IMG/VR virus record: IMGVR_UViG_2579778703_000007
Coordinates: 11,499 to 75,498 of that record
DNA length: 64,000 nt
Origin: a virus
Strand: one strand, 5' to 3'
The position numbers and the translations under genes were made by a program. This document shows positions 10,174-19,134 of this stretch, in pieces. The notes under the pieces were generated by a model. That model was not told the origin of the DNA, did no database searches, and saw only the letters and a list, made by a program, of their open reading frames with translations. How positions within the stretch are numbered: the first letter of the stretch is position 1; the number at the start of each line of letters is the position of its first letter.

Positions 10174-11583
10174 CTATTTTATAGTCGCATAGTGGATTCT
10201 TGCAAGTTCGTCCGGTCGCAGAACGGACTCGAACATAAAGCCTGTTTGTACGCCCTCGTTTTCCAGCTCTTGATTCACGCGGCCAAGAATATCGATAAGC
10301 GATGCACTACCGCCGCCAAACATATCCCCTAGCGCTTGGCCTTGGTGAAGCAGCTCACTATTGATTGCATCGGCCATTGTCTTAAATGCCAGTGTCATGC
10401 GTTTTGCGCTTCGGTTATTGGCAGCAATGAATCTCGCCAGCGCTTCGGCCTCGGGATCGTTGTCGCCAAACAAACCGGACTGAGCCAATAGCTCGTCAAT
10501 GTGCTGGCCGGATTCTTTTGCCTGTCTTACCAGCTCGGTTGCTTGCACCAGTGAGTCAAGTGCTGACTTAGCGAGGTCAGGTTGTGAAGCGTTAATTTCC
10601 ACTGCCTCTGCCAGCGTTTCAGACGTGTTTTTGTGTACCTCCCCGCTAAGGTATTGCATCTCAACAAACGCGCTTGCTGCGCCGTTTAGCGCGCTCAAAA
10701 TATTGCGAATTTCCGGATCGGCTTCCTCGGCTACCAGCTTCACCAACTTCTCGTTTTTGTACGCTTTGGCGAACACGGCATTTTGCATGCGCTCGATCAG
10801 TTGCTTGGTTGGTCGGCCATCTTCGGTCAGTAGTCCGGCGGTTGAGTTATCCCCAATTTCGGTTAGGAAGCTGTTTATAAATCCTTGGTTCGATTTGGCC
10901 AAAAGGTTGCCTGTTTCGCTCGGTTGGAACAGGGCAATCATGCGGTCATCGATGCGCTCTGCGTCAACCCAAGCTGTCTCGGCTGCGCTCATTTGTTGCA
11001 AGTCAGAGAGGTTGGAATCTCGGGCAAACTTAGCACGGTTAACTTGGGTAACACGTTCTCGAACCAACACTGGCTCGCGCATGCTCTCAACTTTCTCCGG
11101 TGATAGGTCGAAGCGCTCCGCATTGTCGATTAGGAACTGGCGGTACTTTTCAGCTTTGCCCTCTCTATACGCTTTAATGATAGCGATGGTTCGACCGTTC
11201 CCCGACTCCACCACATTGTCCGAGCCGACAATCGGTGCGCCGTGGCTAGATAGTCCAGAATCGGTTAATTGTTGTGGGCGCAAATCGTTGGCCATTTTTG
11301 AGATCTGCAATTTTGAGGATACGCGAGTACGGTCGCGCGGTTGCAGCTCTTGTGGGAAATTCGGATTGATTCGACCGTCCAAATCGTTCGATGGAATAAG
11401 GTCGCTGGCTTCCACGACTTTAAAGCCTGTTTCTACTTCGTCGCCTTTTGCTGTCACAACGTAGCTGGTTCGACCTAGCTTGGGTTTTGGATTGTCTGTT
11501 GCGTACAGTTGAACAATCTCGGCTAGGTCATTGATGTTTTTTGCCTCTTTGATTTCGGCGTTAATTGATGTGAGTTGATTCAA
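10174..11583 (-). CDS. ddrB: DdrB-like protein (ParB-like N-terminal domain)
   Basis: QELQPRDR, GAPIVG, VESGNGR motifs; last gene of the darA operon; likely TTG start at 11583 after GGAG (the ORF-track ATG lies inside the palindrome). Confidence 0.82.
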   Translation of the reverse strand: MNQLTSINAEIKEAKNINDLAEIVQLYATDNPKPKLGRTSYVVTAKGDEVETGFKVVEASDLIPSNDLDGRINPNFPQELQPRDRTRVSSKLQISKMANDLRPQQLTDSGLSSHGAPIVGSDNVVESGNGRTIAIIKAYREGKAEKYRQFLIDNAERFDLSPEKVESMREPVLVRERVTQVNRAKFARDSNLSDLQQMSAAETAWVDAERIDDRMIALFQPSETGNLLAKSNQGFINSFLTEIGDNSTAGLLTEDGRPTKQLIERMQNAVFAKAYKNEKLVKLVAEEADPEIRNILSALNGAASAFVEMQYLSGEVHKNTSETLAEAVEINASQPDLAKSALDSLVQATELVRQAKESGQHIDELLAQSGLFGDNDPEAEALARFIAANNRSAKRMTLAFKTMADAINSELLHQGQALGDMFGGGSASLIDILGRVNQELENEGVQTGFMFESVLRPDELARIHYATIK

Positions 11584-11608
11584 TTTGACCGCTCCGGTTG
11601 GAGTGGCG

Positions 11609-11629
11609 AGTTCTCGCATGCGAAAACTT
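11609..11629. repeat. Palindromic parS-like site
   Basis: AGTTCTCGCATGCGAAAACTT. Confidence 0.75.
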
Positions 11630-11648
11630 TTGGGACAGGGAAAAAGGA

Positions 11649-11771
11649 TTAAAGGTTCTTAAGCAATGCGAAAAGCGCCTTGGCGTAGTTGTGACGCTCA
11701 CTGGCTGCTAGTGCAAGGTTTAGAGATTGCTTGTAGTAATAGTCTGCTCGGATTTTAGTTAAAACATTCAT
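11649..11771 (-). CDS. Possible 40-aa small protein between ddrA and ddrB
   Basis: MNVLTKIRADYYY... ORF lying between two palindromic sites; weak RBS. Confidence 0.3.
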   Translation of the reverse strand: MNVLTKIRADYYYKQSLNLALAASERHNYAKALFALLKNL

Positions 11772-11818
11772 TGTCGTTTTCTCAAGTTCTCTGAAAAGTT
11801 TTCGCGCTCCGTGCAAAA

Positions 11819-11840
11819 AAGTTCTCGCATGCGAAAACTT
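11819..11840. repeat. Palindromic parS-like site
   Basis: AAGTTCTCGCATGCGAAAACTT overlapping the ddrA stop; degenerate half-site at about 11796. Confidence 0.75.
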
Positions 11841-12543
11841 AAGCGGCCAGTTTGTCAGGATTGTGCTCGAACCATTCAATCGCTTTTTGCTTGATGCTAT
11901 CTAGCTCCAAGCCCTCTGAGTGAACGTCTCGCATTACATCAACAAACACCGATGGTTTGGCGTTATTAAACTCGCCAGCAAGGAATCTCGCAACTAGCTC
12001 GCTTTGCTCAACTGGACGTTCGCCATTGTCGCGCTCACTCTGCTCGATGTGCTTAGTGATGGTCTTAATAGCTTTGCTACGGTCAGCGCGCGACCAGCTA
12101 CCAAAGCCACCATTTTTCTTGGCTGAACCCGCATCGTTTTTCCAGTAGTCCAAACCGAGAGCAATGTGCCCCTTGTACCCAAACTGGAAGTTTTCGCCAT
12201 CCTTGTACACAACGTAGTTATCGCCCTTTTCAACCACTTGGTAGTTAGGGAAAAACGCCATTTCGTATTCGTACCAGTTAGGCAGAAATAGCACTTCATT
12301 GAGCTTTTCAATCTTATCGGAGCGGCCTAACTTGGAAAATTCTTCTACCGATATTGGCTCATCCGAACTTGATACCGGCTTCTGCTCAACCTTTTGGTTA
12401 GCGCCAGTCAGTTTATTAAGAATTTCCACCAGCTCACGGTTCTTTTTGATGCGTTCACCAATCGATAGCTGGCCACTCTTAAGCTCTTTCAACAAACCCG
12501 CAGCATCGCGGTTGAGCGTCATTTTTTCTCTTAAGCTTAACAC
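11839..12543 (-). CDS. ddrA: DdrA-like protein with a central insertion
   Basis: C-terminal LVARFLAGEF...KQKAIEW resembles P1 DdrA (recalled); located between darA and ddrB. Confidence 0.65.
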   Translation of the reverse strand: MLSLREKMTLNRDAAGLLKELKSGQLSIGERIKKNRELVEILNKLTGANQKVEQKPVSSSDEPISVEEFSKLGRSDKIEKLNEVLFLPNWYEYEMAFFPNYQVVEKGDNYVVYKDGENFQFGYKGHIALGLDYWKNDAGSAKKNGGFGSWSRADRSKAIKTITKHIEQSERDNGERPVEQSELVARFLAGEFNNAKPSVFVDVMRDVHSEGLELDSIKQKAIEWFEHNPDKLAA

Positions 12544-12590
12544 TTGATTCTCTCCGGTTTAGGCCGCCGATGTGGCGGCCTTGGTTGTGA

Positions 12591-15500
12591 TTAGATTTGC
12601 GCTTGGATCATGCTAGTGATGTTGCTTAGAGCGGCATCCATCAACGCTTCGTTCTCTGCCACTTGGTCGTTAGCTTCGAAGTAGGCGTAAGCTTGTTCTA
12701 GTGCGGTTTGGAACTCATCAACCAATTCCGGCGTAGGTTCACCAGTGAAATCTCGGATTTCTTTTAGTTTCTCTACATGTTCCATTTCTTCGTTATTACC
12801 CTCTGTTTCTGATTGAGGCGCCTCACTACTTAGATTGAACGCTTTCACTAATAACGCTTCCATTTCCGCTGTATCGTCAAATTCACCGATCAAGTCATTG
12901 CCTTGGTATAGCGCGAACTTGTACTCACCATCTTTAGCGATTGGGTAAATATCAACGTAGCGTTCGTTTAGCCATGAACGCACGGTTAGCGGAGCGTACA
13001 CGTTCGCTGGTACAGAGCCATTTACTGAATGGATACCAGCCGCAACGCTTGGTTGTACCAATGCGCCTTTTTCGTTGTAGTAGCTATCCGCAGATTGCCA
13101 GCCCTTAATCGTCTCAAGCTGAGCTTTCGCTTTTTCGCTTAAGTCGGTCGCTAGAATGTCGAATAGAACGTCTAGGCTGTCAGTTAGTCCGTCCTCATCT
13201 TTCGCATTAATCGACTTCACTCGGCCTGTTGGGAATGTCACTTCCTGCTTACCAAGTTTTAGCTCTAGGTTGGTAAAGGCTTCTAGCTGCTCAAGCGCTT
13301 TCGCTTCTTCTTCGTCTAGGCTTTCACGGAATGAGTTAACGTCTAGTACGTCATCCTCTGCCTGTTCGTCTTGCTGGTGAATTTCAGTTAGAGACGCGAG
13401 CTCTACCACTTTGCGCTCTTTACCAAAATCAAAGTCCACGGTTAGGCGGCCACCAAAGAAATTGCGATCGTGGTAATCGGTCATTGTGTCGCTGTTGTTG
13501 TAGTCGTATTGGCCTACATAAGCGTTAACGAACTCGATCAGCTGATCTACTGCTTCGGTGTAACGGCTCATTCCGTGTGGCGTAGTCGAGTTAGGGTTAT
13601 CAATCTCGAACTGTAGGTAAGCTGGATTGTAGAGCGTGACGTTTCTTGGCAAGTCGGTCAGCGTTAGGTCTAGTGTGCCGTAGCGAGGCTTGCGCACTGA
13701 GATTTTAACGTCATTGCTGATTTTGCCAGCTTTCTTAAGTTGAGCGATAAAGGCGCGGATTCGCTTAGCGATTTCACCCGTATCTCGAATGCCCTCTTTC
13801 TCGTAGATTGAGCCAAATGAATATTGAGTTGGGTCTAGCGCGAGAAGTTGTTTTTCTTCCTCGGACGCTTCCTTATTCACTTCATCTGCTGTGTCAGATT
13901 CTACGGCGTTCTTAGCACCCAATAGCTCAAGCAGTTTGTTTGCACCGTCAACCGTTAGGTAGCTGCGAGAATTGGTGTTAGCGATAAAGTGTAGCTCTTT
14001 ACCCTTGCTCGATTTTGCAGAGAAGAAACTGTAGCCAAATGTGTTTTCCATTTGGTTCTCTTGTTCTTCGGTTAGCGCAATACCGTTAATCTTGCCGTCA
14101 TCGTCCACCTTGGCCAGTAGCTTGTCGGCGTTCTCGCGTAGTGTTGGGCGCGAGTGAAGCGAACCTGAGCCGTTAATGGCCAACGTTGAATACAATGATT
14201 CAAAGCCGTTGATTGTGGTGAACATGGCCGGACTGACAGGCTCTAGTGGTGCGCTGTATTCCGTCTCTGCAATTTGCTCAAGCGTTTTGCCGTCCTTAAG
14301 CATGTTAAAGATTGCAATAGTGCTTTCTTTCACTGCTTGGTCGTTTAGTTGAGTCGCTTTTTGCTGCGCTGCTGCACCCTCTAGGCCAGTTTCCAGCACC
14401 TTACCTGTGTACGTGTCGATAACGCTAAAGTCAGCTTGGCCAATAGTGCCTACTGGTGCGTAGCGCTTCTCGCGTGTCGCCTTGAATTGGCCTTTGTGGT
14501 TCAAGTCAGGCAATGCAGCAAGGCTAGGGAAGCCACGGCTTTCGTATTCCGCTTCGATAGCTTTTGTGTACCACAATGGCATGACTGAGTTATGGATAGC
14601 GCGCGCCATCTGTTCGTTGTCGATCTGCTCATCGTTATCCAAGTATCTAAAGCCATGAACAGCCAGGATGTCTTGGTTAGTTACACCCGCCATTGCGTAG
14701 TGCTGAGCAAAGAGCTCATCTGAACTTAGTTCGGATAGGTCAGGGTAGCTACCGTCATCGATCGCCTTAATGAAGCGCTCAACTTTTTGGTAGTCCTCGC
14801 CTTGGTCTGCCATTGCTGGAATGACGGTTTCACCTTTTGCCTTGGTGTAAGCTACGTCACCCTCATGGTAAACCGTAGTTGCGCTAAACGCTTTTTCTAC
14901 GTCATCCAGTGCCAACGCTTCGCCGTTCTCAAACTTCTCGTATAGGTCGCCACGTAGCGCGCGTAGGTCGAACATTTTCGCCGTTGCGCTAAAGAATCCG
15001 TCACGGTAGTTCAAGATAGCTTGCAGTAGGTCAGCACGTTTCGCACGGCGGTTAAATGGGATGCGATGAGCCGTTAGGAAATCAGTGATCTCTTTACGGT
15101 TCTTAAACTGCGCTTCCAATGACGCTAGGGTTTCACCTTGTAGTGATTCCACTAGGTGCGCTTGCTCTGAAATGCGCTTAGCTTGGTCATCCACTTTCTC
15201 GCCACGTTTTAGCGTTTTGCCAGTGCCTAGCGTTAGGTCAGCCAGCATAACGAGACGTTTGCGATCGCTTGTGCTCACTGACTGCATATCTTTAAGTTTG
15301 GATAGGGCTGTTTCTTGGAAGCGCATGCGGCCTTGCGTGTGTTCTGCTTGGCGTTGCAATTCAGCATCGCTTTGAACCAGCATTAGGTCTTCGGCAATCT
15401 CTTGAATCATTTCCGGTGTCACAAGGTCAATCGATGCGCTCCATAGCTTGTACGCTTCTGGATTTTCCTTGCGGTTCTTCATTTCCGGTTGCTGGCGTAG

Positions 15501-17384
15501 CTGCTTAGCGAACGCTGCTTTGAAGCTCACTTGTCTTAGGGTATCGAGCGTAGACTGAGGAATTTCATCAACGCCTTTGTCCTCAACCCATTGGTCTAGC
15601 GCTTCGGTTGCGATGCGCTCCGCTTCCTCTAGGTCGCCCTCAACCATGCCAAATAGCGGCTCTAGGTCAAAGTTGCTTACTAGCTCTGGTGGCAGTTTTT
15701 GGTCATAAGCGATCGCACCGTGGCGAATGCCATTACCAGCGTCAGCGAATTGCTCTTTAGCCGATTCTGGATCGAGGTACTTAACCACTTGATGTTGTGG
15801 CGGCGTTGTACCAAAGCCATAAGGGCGTAGACGTAGGCCATACCAGAATAGGTTATCCGTGGTTTCGTCTTTGTCTTGGTCGTTCGCGTTTGGCTCGTCG
15901 TTCTCAATTGGTTGCGGTTCTTCGTTGCTGTCATCGGTATCTTGAAGCAACTTAGATTCGCGGTCGTAGTCAGCCAGAATAAGCGACTTAGCTGCTTCCC
16001 AACCTTGTAGATCGTCGCCACCAGCAAGCGGTGAACCCTCGCCGTAAGTGACAGCCAAGGTTTGGTTATCGCGCGCGTGGATCATGTACTGGCCAAAGCT
16101 ATCATCATCGTTCGCGTCAGGCGCTTCGAAGTAGACAAACGGCTCGCTATCTTCGCCTTTATCCATCTTCCAGCCCTTAGCAATGGTCTTGCGGCCAATA
16201 AGAGCCAATAGCCATTCTTTGCGCTCGATATTCGCTTTTCGCTCGCGTTCTTCGTCTGACAACTGAGGAAAATCAGCTTCAATTGAATCACGGATGTATT
16301 CTTTAGCCTCGGCAAGCTCTGATACCGCCATAGCGCCTTTATCGAGCTCATAAATCGCATCATTGATGTACGACTCTGAATAAGTGCTAGGAACATTTTG
16401 ATTTGCTGCACCTGCAAACTCTAATGAGTCTTTAAACTCTTGGCTTAGCTGCTTAACAAAGGCATCGAGATCGCCATTGAAAGCGCGTTCAATGATGAAG
16501 TCGCGTTTCTCTTGCTTAGTCCATGAAGCGTCCCATTGCTCGATCACTTGAGACGAACTGCCACCAGCGTCCACATTGGTCGCTGCTGTATTTGCTGCTG
16601 GCTTGATAGCAGCAAGCTGTTTGCGTAGTTCTTCTTGGATTTCGTTTTGCGTAGCAATCTGAGTTTTTAGGCGCTTCTCTTTCTTGGCCAGCTCATCAAG
16701 TTTCTGTTCCAAGTCTGTTGTTTCTTCGCCTAGTTGAGCGGCTTGCTCATCGAGCTCTTGTGCCTTTTGTTGCGCTTCTTCCAGTGCTTTTGCGTCAGCG
16801 TCTTTCTTGGCCTGAGCGGCGACAAATTTCTCGCTGTTGTTCTCAAGCAATTGCGCTAGCTTGTCGGTCACTTCCTTAAGAGACAAATCCATGTTGCCTT
16901 TTGGCGCGACTACGTGAGTAATATCGCGCGAGTTCATTAGGAAGCGGAACGCGATTAGCGTGTCATCTGGATTGATTTTTAGCGGATCGTTATCCGGCGC
17001 ATGGAACGCAATAGAAATGCTCTGGCCATCCGAGAATGGGATTTTCACCATTTGAACAGCGACCGCACCAGATTTGCGCGGTTTACCCACTTCTACAGCT
17101 TCTACCGATAGCGTAGGCGTTTTACGTTCTAAGTGCTTACCAAATTGCTGAGCACGAAACTCAAGCTTTGACGCTTTTGATTTGAACGCCTCTAGCATCA
17201 TTTGAGGCACTGGTTTGCACTGGTATAGGTAAGTGTTTTCCAAATCCTCAAGCGATAGTGCTTCTAGGATTTGGTCGGCGTTTTCACCTTGCAGTACCGC
17301 TTCGATTTGCTCCGGTGTTAGCGTTTTAGCTAGATGGTCGATGCGATCCACAATCTTGATTTGATTTTGACTGGTAAACATCAT
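12591..17384 (-). CDS. darA: Extended DarA-like polyvalent head/antirestriction protein
   Basis: N-terminal FSDGQSISIAFHAPD..FRFLMNSRDITHVVAP (DarA_N); internal YGLRLRPYG..GAIAY (DarA_C-like); late AKRIR..KISVR..NSDTMTDY (LPD29-like); follows hdf. Confidence 0.85.
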   Translation of the reverse strand: MMFTSQNQIKIVDRIDHLAKTLTPEQIEAVLQGENADQILEALSLEDLENTYLYQCKPVPQMMLEAFKSKASKLEFRAQQFGKHLERKTPTLSVEAVEVGKPRKSGAVAVQMVKIPFSDGQSISIAFHAPDNDPLKINPDDTLIAFRFLMNSRDITHVVAPKGNMDLSLKEVTDKLAQLLENNSEKFVAAQAKKDADAKALEEAQQKAQELDEQAAQLGEETTDLEQKLDELAKKEKRLKTQIATQNEIQEELRKQLAAIKPAANTAATNVDAGGSSSQVIEQWDASWTKQEKRDFIIERAFNGDLDAFVKQLSQEFKDSLEFAGAANQNVPSTYSESYINDAIYELDKGAMAVSELAEAKEYIRDSIEADFPQLSDEERERKANIERKEWLLALIGRKTIAKGWKMDKGEDSEPFVYFEAPDANDDDSFGQYMIHARDNQTLAVTYGEGSPLAGGDDLQGWEAAKSLILADYDRESKLLQDTDDSNEEPQPIENDEPNANDQDKDETTDNLFWYGLRLRPYGFGTTPPQHQVVKYLDPESAKEQFADAGNGIRHGAIAYDQKLPPELVSNFDLEPLFGMVEGDLEEAERIATEALDQWVEDKGVDEIPQSTLDTLRQVSFKAAFAKQLRQQPEMKNRKENPEAYKLWSASIDLVTPEMIQEIAEDLMLVQSDAELQRQAEHTQGRMRFQETALSKLKDMQSVSTSDRKRLVMLADLTLGTGKTLKRGEKVDDQAKRISEQAHLVESLQGETLASLEAQFKNRKEITDFLTAHRIPFNRRAKRADLLQAILNYRDGFFSATAKMFDLRALRGDLYEKFENGEALALDDVEKAFSATTVYHEGDVAYTKAKGETVIPAMADQGEDYQKVERFIKAIDDGSYPDLSELSSDELFAQHYAMAGVTNQDILAVHGFRYLDNDEQIDNEQMARAIHNSVMPLWYTKAIEAEYESRGFPSLAALPDLNHKGQFKATREKRYAPVGTIGQADFSVIDTYTGKVLETGLEGAAAQQKATQLNDQAVKESTIAIFNMLKDGKTLEQIAETEYSAPLEPVSPAMFTTINGFESLYSTLAINGSGSLHSRPTLRENADKLLAKVDDDGKINGIALTEEQENQMENTFGYSFFSAKSSKGKELHFIANTNSRSYLTVDGANKLLELLGAKNAVESDTADEVNKEASEEEKQLLALDPTQYSFGSIYEKEGIRDTGEIAKRIRAFIAQLKKAGKISNDVKISVRKPRYGTLDLTLTDLPRNVTLYNPAYLQFEIDNPNSTTPHGMSRYTEAVDQLIEFVNAYVGQYDYNNSDTMTDYHDRNFFGGRLTVDFDFGKERKVVELASLTEIHQQDEQAEDDVLDVNSFRESLDEEEAKALEQLEAFTNLELKLGKQEVTFPTGRVKSINAKDEDGLTDSLDVLFDILATDLSEKAKAQLETIKGWQSADSYYNEKGALVQPSVAAGIHSVNGSVPANVYAPLTVRSWLNERYVDIYPIAKDGEYKFALYQGNDLIGEFDDTAEMEALLVKAFNLSSEAPQSETEGNNEEMEHVEKLKEIRDFTGEPTPELVDEFQTALEQAYAYFEANDQVAENEALMDAALSNITSMIQAQI

Positions 17385-18013
17385 GCTTTGGCAGCCTCTA
17401 ATTGCGCTTCAAGTTCCTTGGTTTCTTGCTTCTCTTGCTCTAATGCAGCTTCAAGATCGGCTACACGGCGTTGGTCTTCTTCCAACTTCGTGCGAACACT
17501 GTCCCGAGCGGCTAGGGCGTTGGTGTAATTGGATTGTGCAACCTGCTCGGCTGCCTTGGCTTCTTCCAATCGCTTAGCAATAGAACGTGTGGCTGGTTGA
17601 ATGTCTGAGGTGTCTTTAACGGCCTGTGCCGCTTTGCGAGCAACTTGCTTGTCAAACTTGCTTTGGTTGCGCTCCATTAGGCGAACCATTTCACGCGCAA
17701 GCTCGCGCTCGTTCTTCACGCTTGGGATAGGCTGTTTCGTGTTGTTCAGTGTCATTTGGTAAATGTCACCCTCATCACCCACAAACAGCGTCATGGACTG
17801 GCCATTATCAAAGAACAGTTTGGCGCGTTTTACTGTCTCGCCGTCACGCTTCGTTTTCTTGTTGGAAGCTTCTACGTCCGTAACAGTCGCACCCGCTTGT
17901 TTTAACGCAGTGATCAGACTCTTAAGGCCGCGTTCGGTCACGTTGTCAAAATCGACCACCACATAGTTGTGCGACTGGTCTAGTGCAAACTTGCTGTTGT
18001 TACGCAATTTCAA
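17381..18013 (-). CDS. hdf: Hdf (DarA N-terminal homologue)
   Basis: VDFDNVTERGLKSL, FDNGQ, GDIYQ and C-terminal coiled coil; immediately precedes darA. Confidence 0.82.
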   Translation of the reverse strand: MKLRNNSKFALDQSHNYVVVDFDNVTERGLKSLITALKQAGATVTDVEASNKKTKRDGETVKRAKLFFDNGQSMTLFVGDEGDIYQMTLNNTKQPIPSVKNERELAREMVRLMERNQSKFDKQVARKAAQAVKDTSDIQPATRSIAKRLEEAKAAEQVAQSNYTNALAARDSVRTKLEEDQRRVADLEAALEQEKQETKELEAQLEAAKA

Positions 18014-18413
18014 ATTCCTCTGAATATGTCGTACAGGTAGGGAAGATTTTGTATAGCGGATTGATTAGGGAACAGGAGCGCTCAATCTTCACGTCCAGAA
18101 TCCACTCGCCATGTAGCTTTTCCCCTGCTTCACGTTCAAGCAACTTGCGGTCGAACGTTAGGTATTCGCTGTTATTTCCGGCGTGTGAAAAGTCGAGTTT
18201 ACGTGTGCGAGTAATGACGGCCTTTGGTCGTTTCTTACTTCGCAACGAATAGGTTAATGTCCCATTCGTAATAGCTCGTTTGGATTGATAACCAAGAACG
18301 AATCGAATCACTTCGGGATCGTCCATCTGGTTTGCATGCAGTATTTTTACTGCGTTTCGTTTAAGCAAAAATCGGTCAGCAATGGCTAGGCCAATCACTG
18401 CAAATTCCATCAT
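18000..18413 (-). CDS. lydB: LydB-like protein
   Basis: N-terminal hydrophobic segment, NSEYL and INPLYKIFP motifs; between lydA and hdf as in P1. Confidence 0.65.
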   Translation of the reverse strand: MMEFAVIGLAIADRFLLKRNAVKILHANQMDDPEVIRFVLGYQSKRAITNGTLTYSLRSKKRPKAVITRTRKLDFSHAGNNSEYLTFDRKLLEREAGEKLHGEWILDVKIERSCSLINPLYKIFPTCTTYSEEFEIA

Positions 18414-18733
18414 TTGCTCTGCCCTCCGGTATTAAAGAATCTCGCTAACGTGTGGCTAGCTAGTTTGCGGATAAAGTTAATTGAGTCTGCTCCGTTGTTT
18501 GACGCGATGAGGACAAGCGCGCTGGTGTAACCAGCTTCCACACCCTCACTGTCACACAAGTAAGCGACTATCAAACCGACGACCAACGCCAGCGTTAGCT
18601 CGGTTAAAAAGTCAAGGAATCCACCAGCCAAACGTTGCTCGCGTATGCCTTGGAGATATGACCCAACACCACTGAGGACGGATAGAGCCAGAACGCTAAT
18701 AGCAAAGCTCTCACCAACAACTGATACTGGCAT
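18410..18733 (-). CDS. lydA: LydA-like holin
   Basis: 107 aa, 2-3 TM helices, LIASNNG motif; first gene of the dar operon. Confidence 0.75.
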   Translation of the reverse strand: MPVSVVGESFAISVLALSVLSGVGSYLQGIREQRLAGGFLDFLTELTLALVVGLIVAYLCDSEGVEAGYTSALVLIASNNGADSINFIRKLASHTLARFFNTGGQSK

Positions 18734-19034
18734 TAAATCCCCCTTTTATATGTGTCCTGCAAAGTGTATTCGGAATGGTGGCAATTGCTCAATAGACGGG
18801 CGTTACTTACTTTTTAAAGGCTATAAAATAGGGCTGGTTTTTGGGAAAAAGCCATTTATCAATGGTCTATGTAAAGAAAAACCTCTCACCCAACGAGTGA
18901 GTGAGAGGCCAATCCAACCGTTTTGTCGCGCGGCAACGCGAACAAAACATTCCACGAGGAAATAATGAGGTGAAATCTATATTTGAGAGATTTGGATTAT
19001 AGCCAATTTCGTTTTCGCATCAATATGCGTCAAT

Positions 19035-19095
19035 GTTCTCGCATGCGAAAACTATATGGAACGAAATGCTTTAAAGTTCTCGCATGCGAAAACTT
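19035..19095. repeat. Pair of palindromic parS-like sites about 40 bp apart
   Basis: GTTCTCGCATGCGAAAACT at about 19035 and 19075. Confidence 0.75.
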
Positions 19096-19134
19096 TTGCA
19101 AGAAAAAATGGACAACGAATTGCCCCTTTGATTG

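Noticed and set aside
10499..11464. 321-aa plus-strand ORF and the many other antisense ORFs inside darB, darA, sit and the sheath gene
   Set aside because: Shadow frames of well-supported genes, with Ser-rich non-protein-like composition
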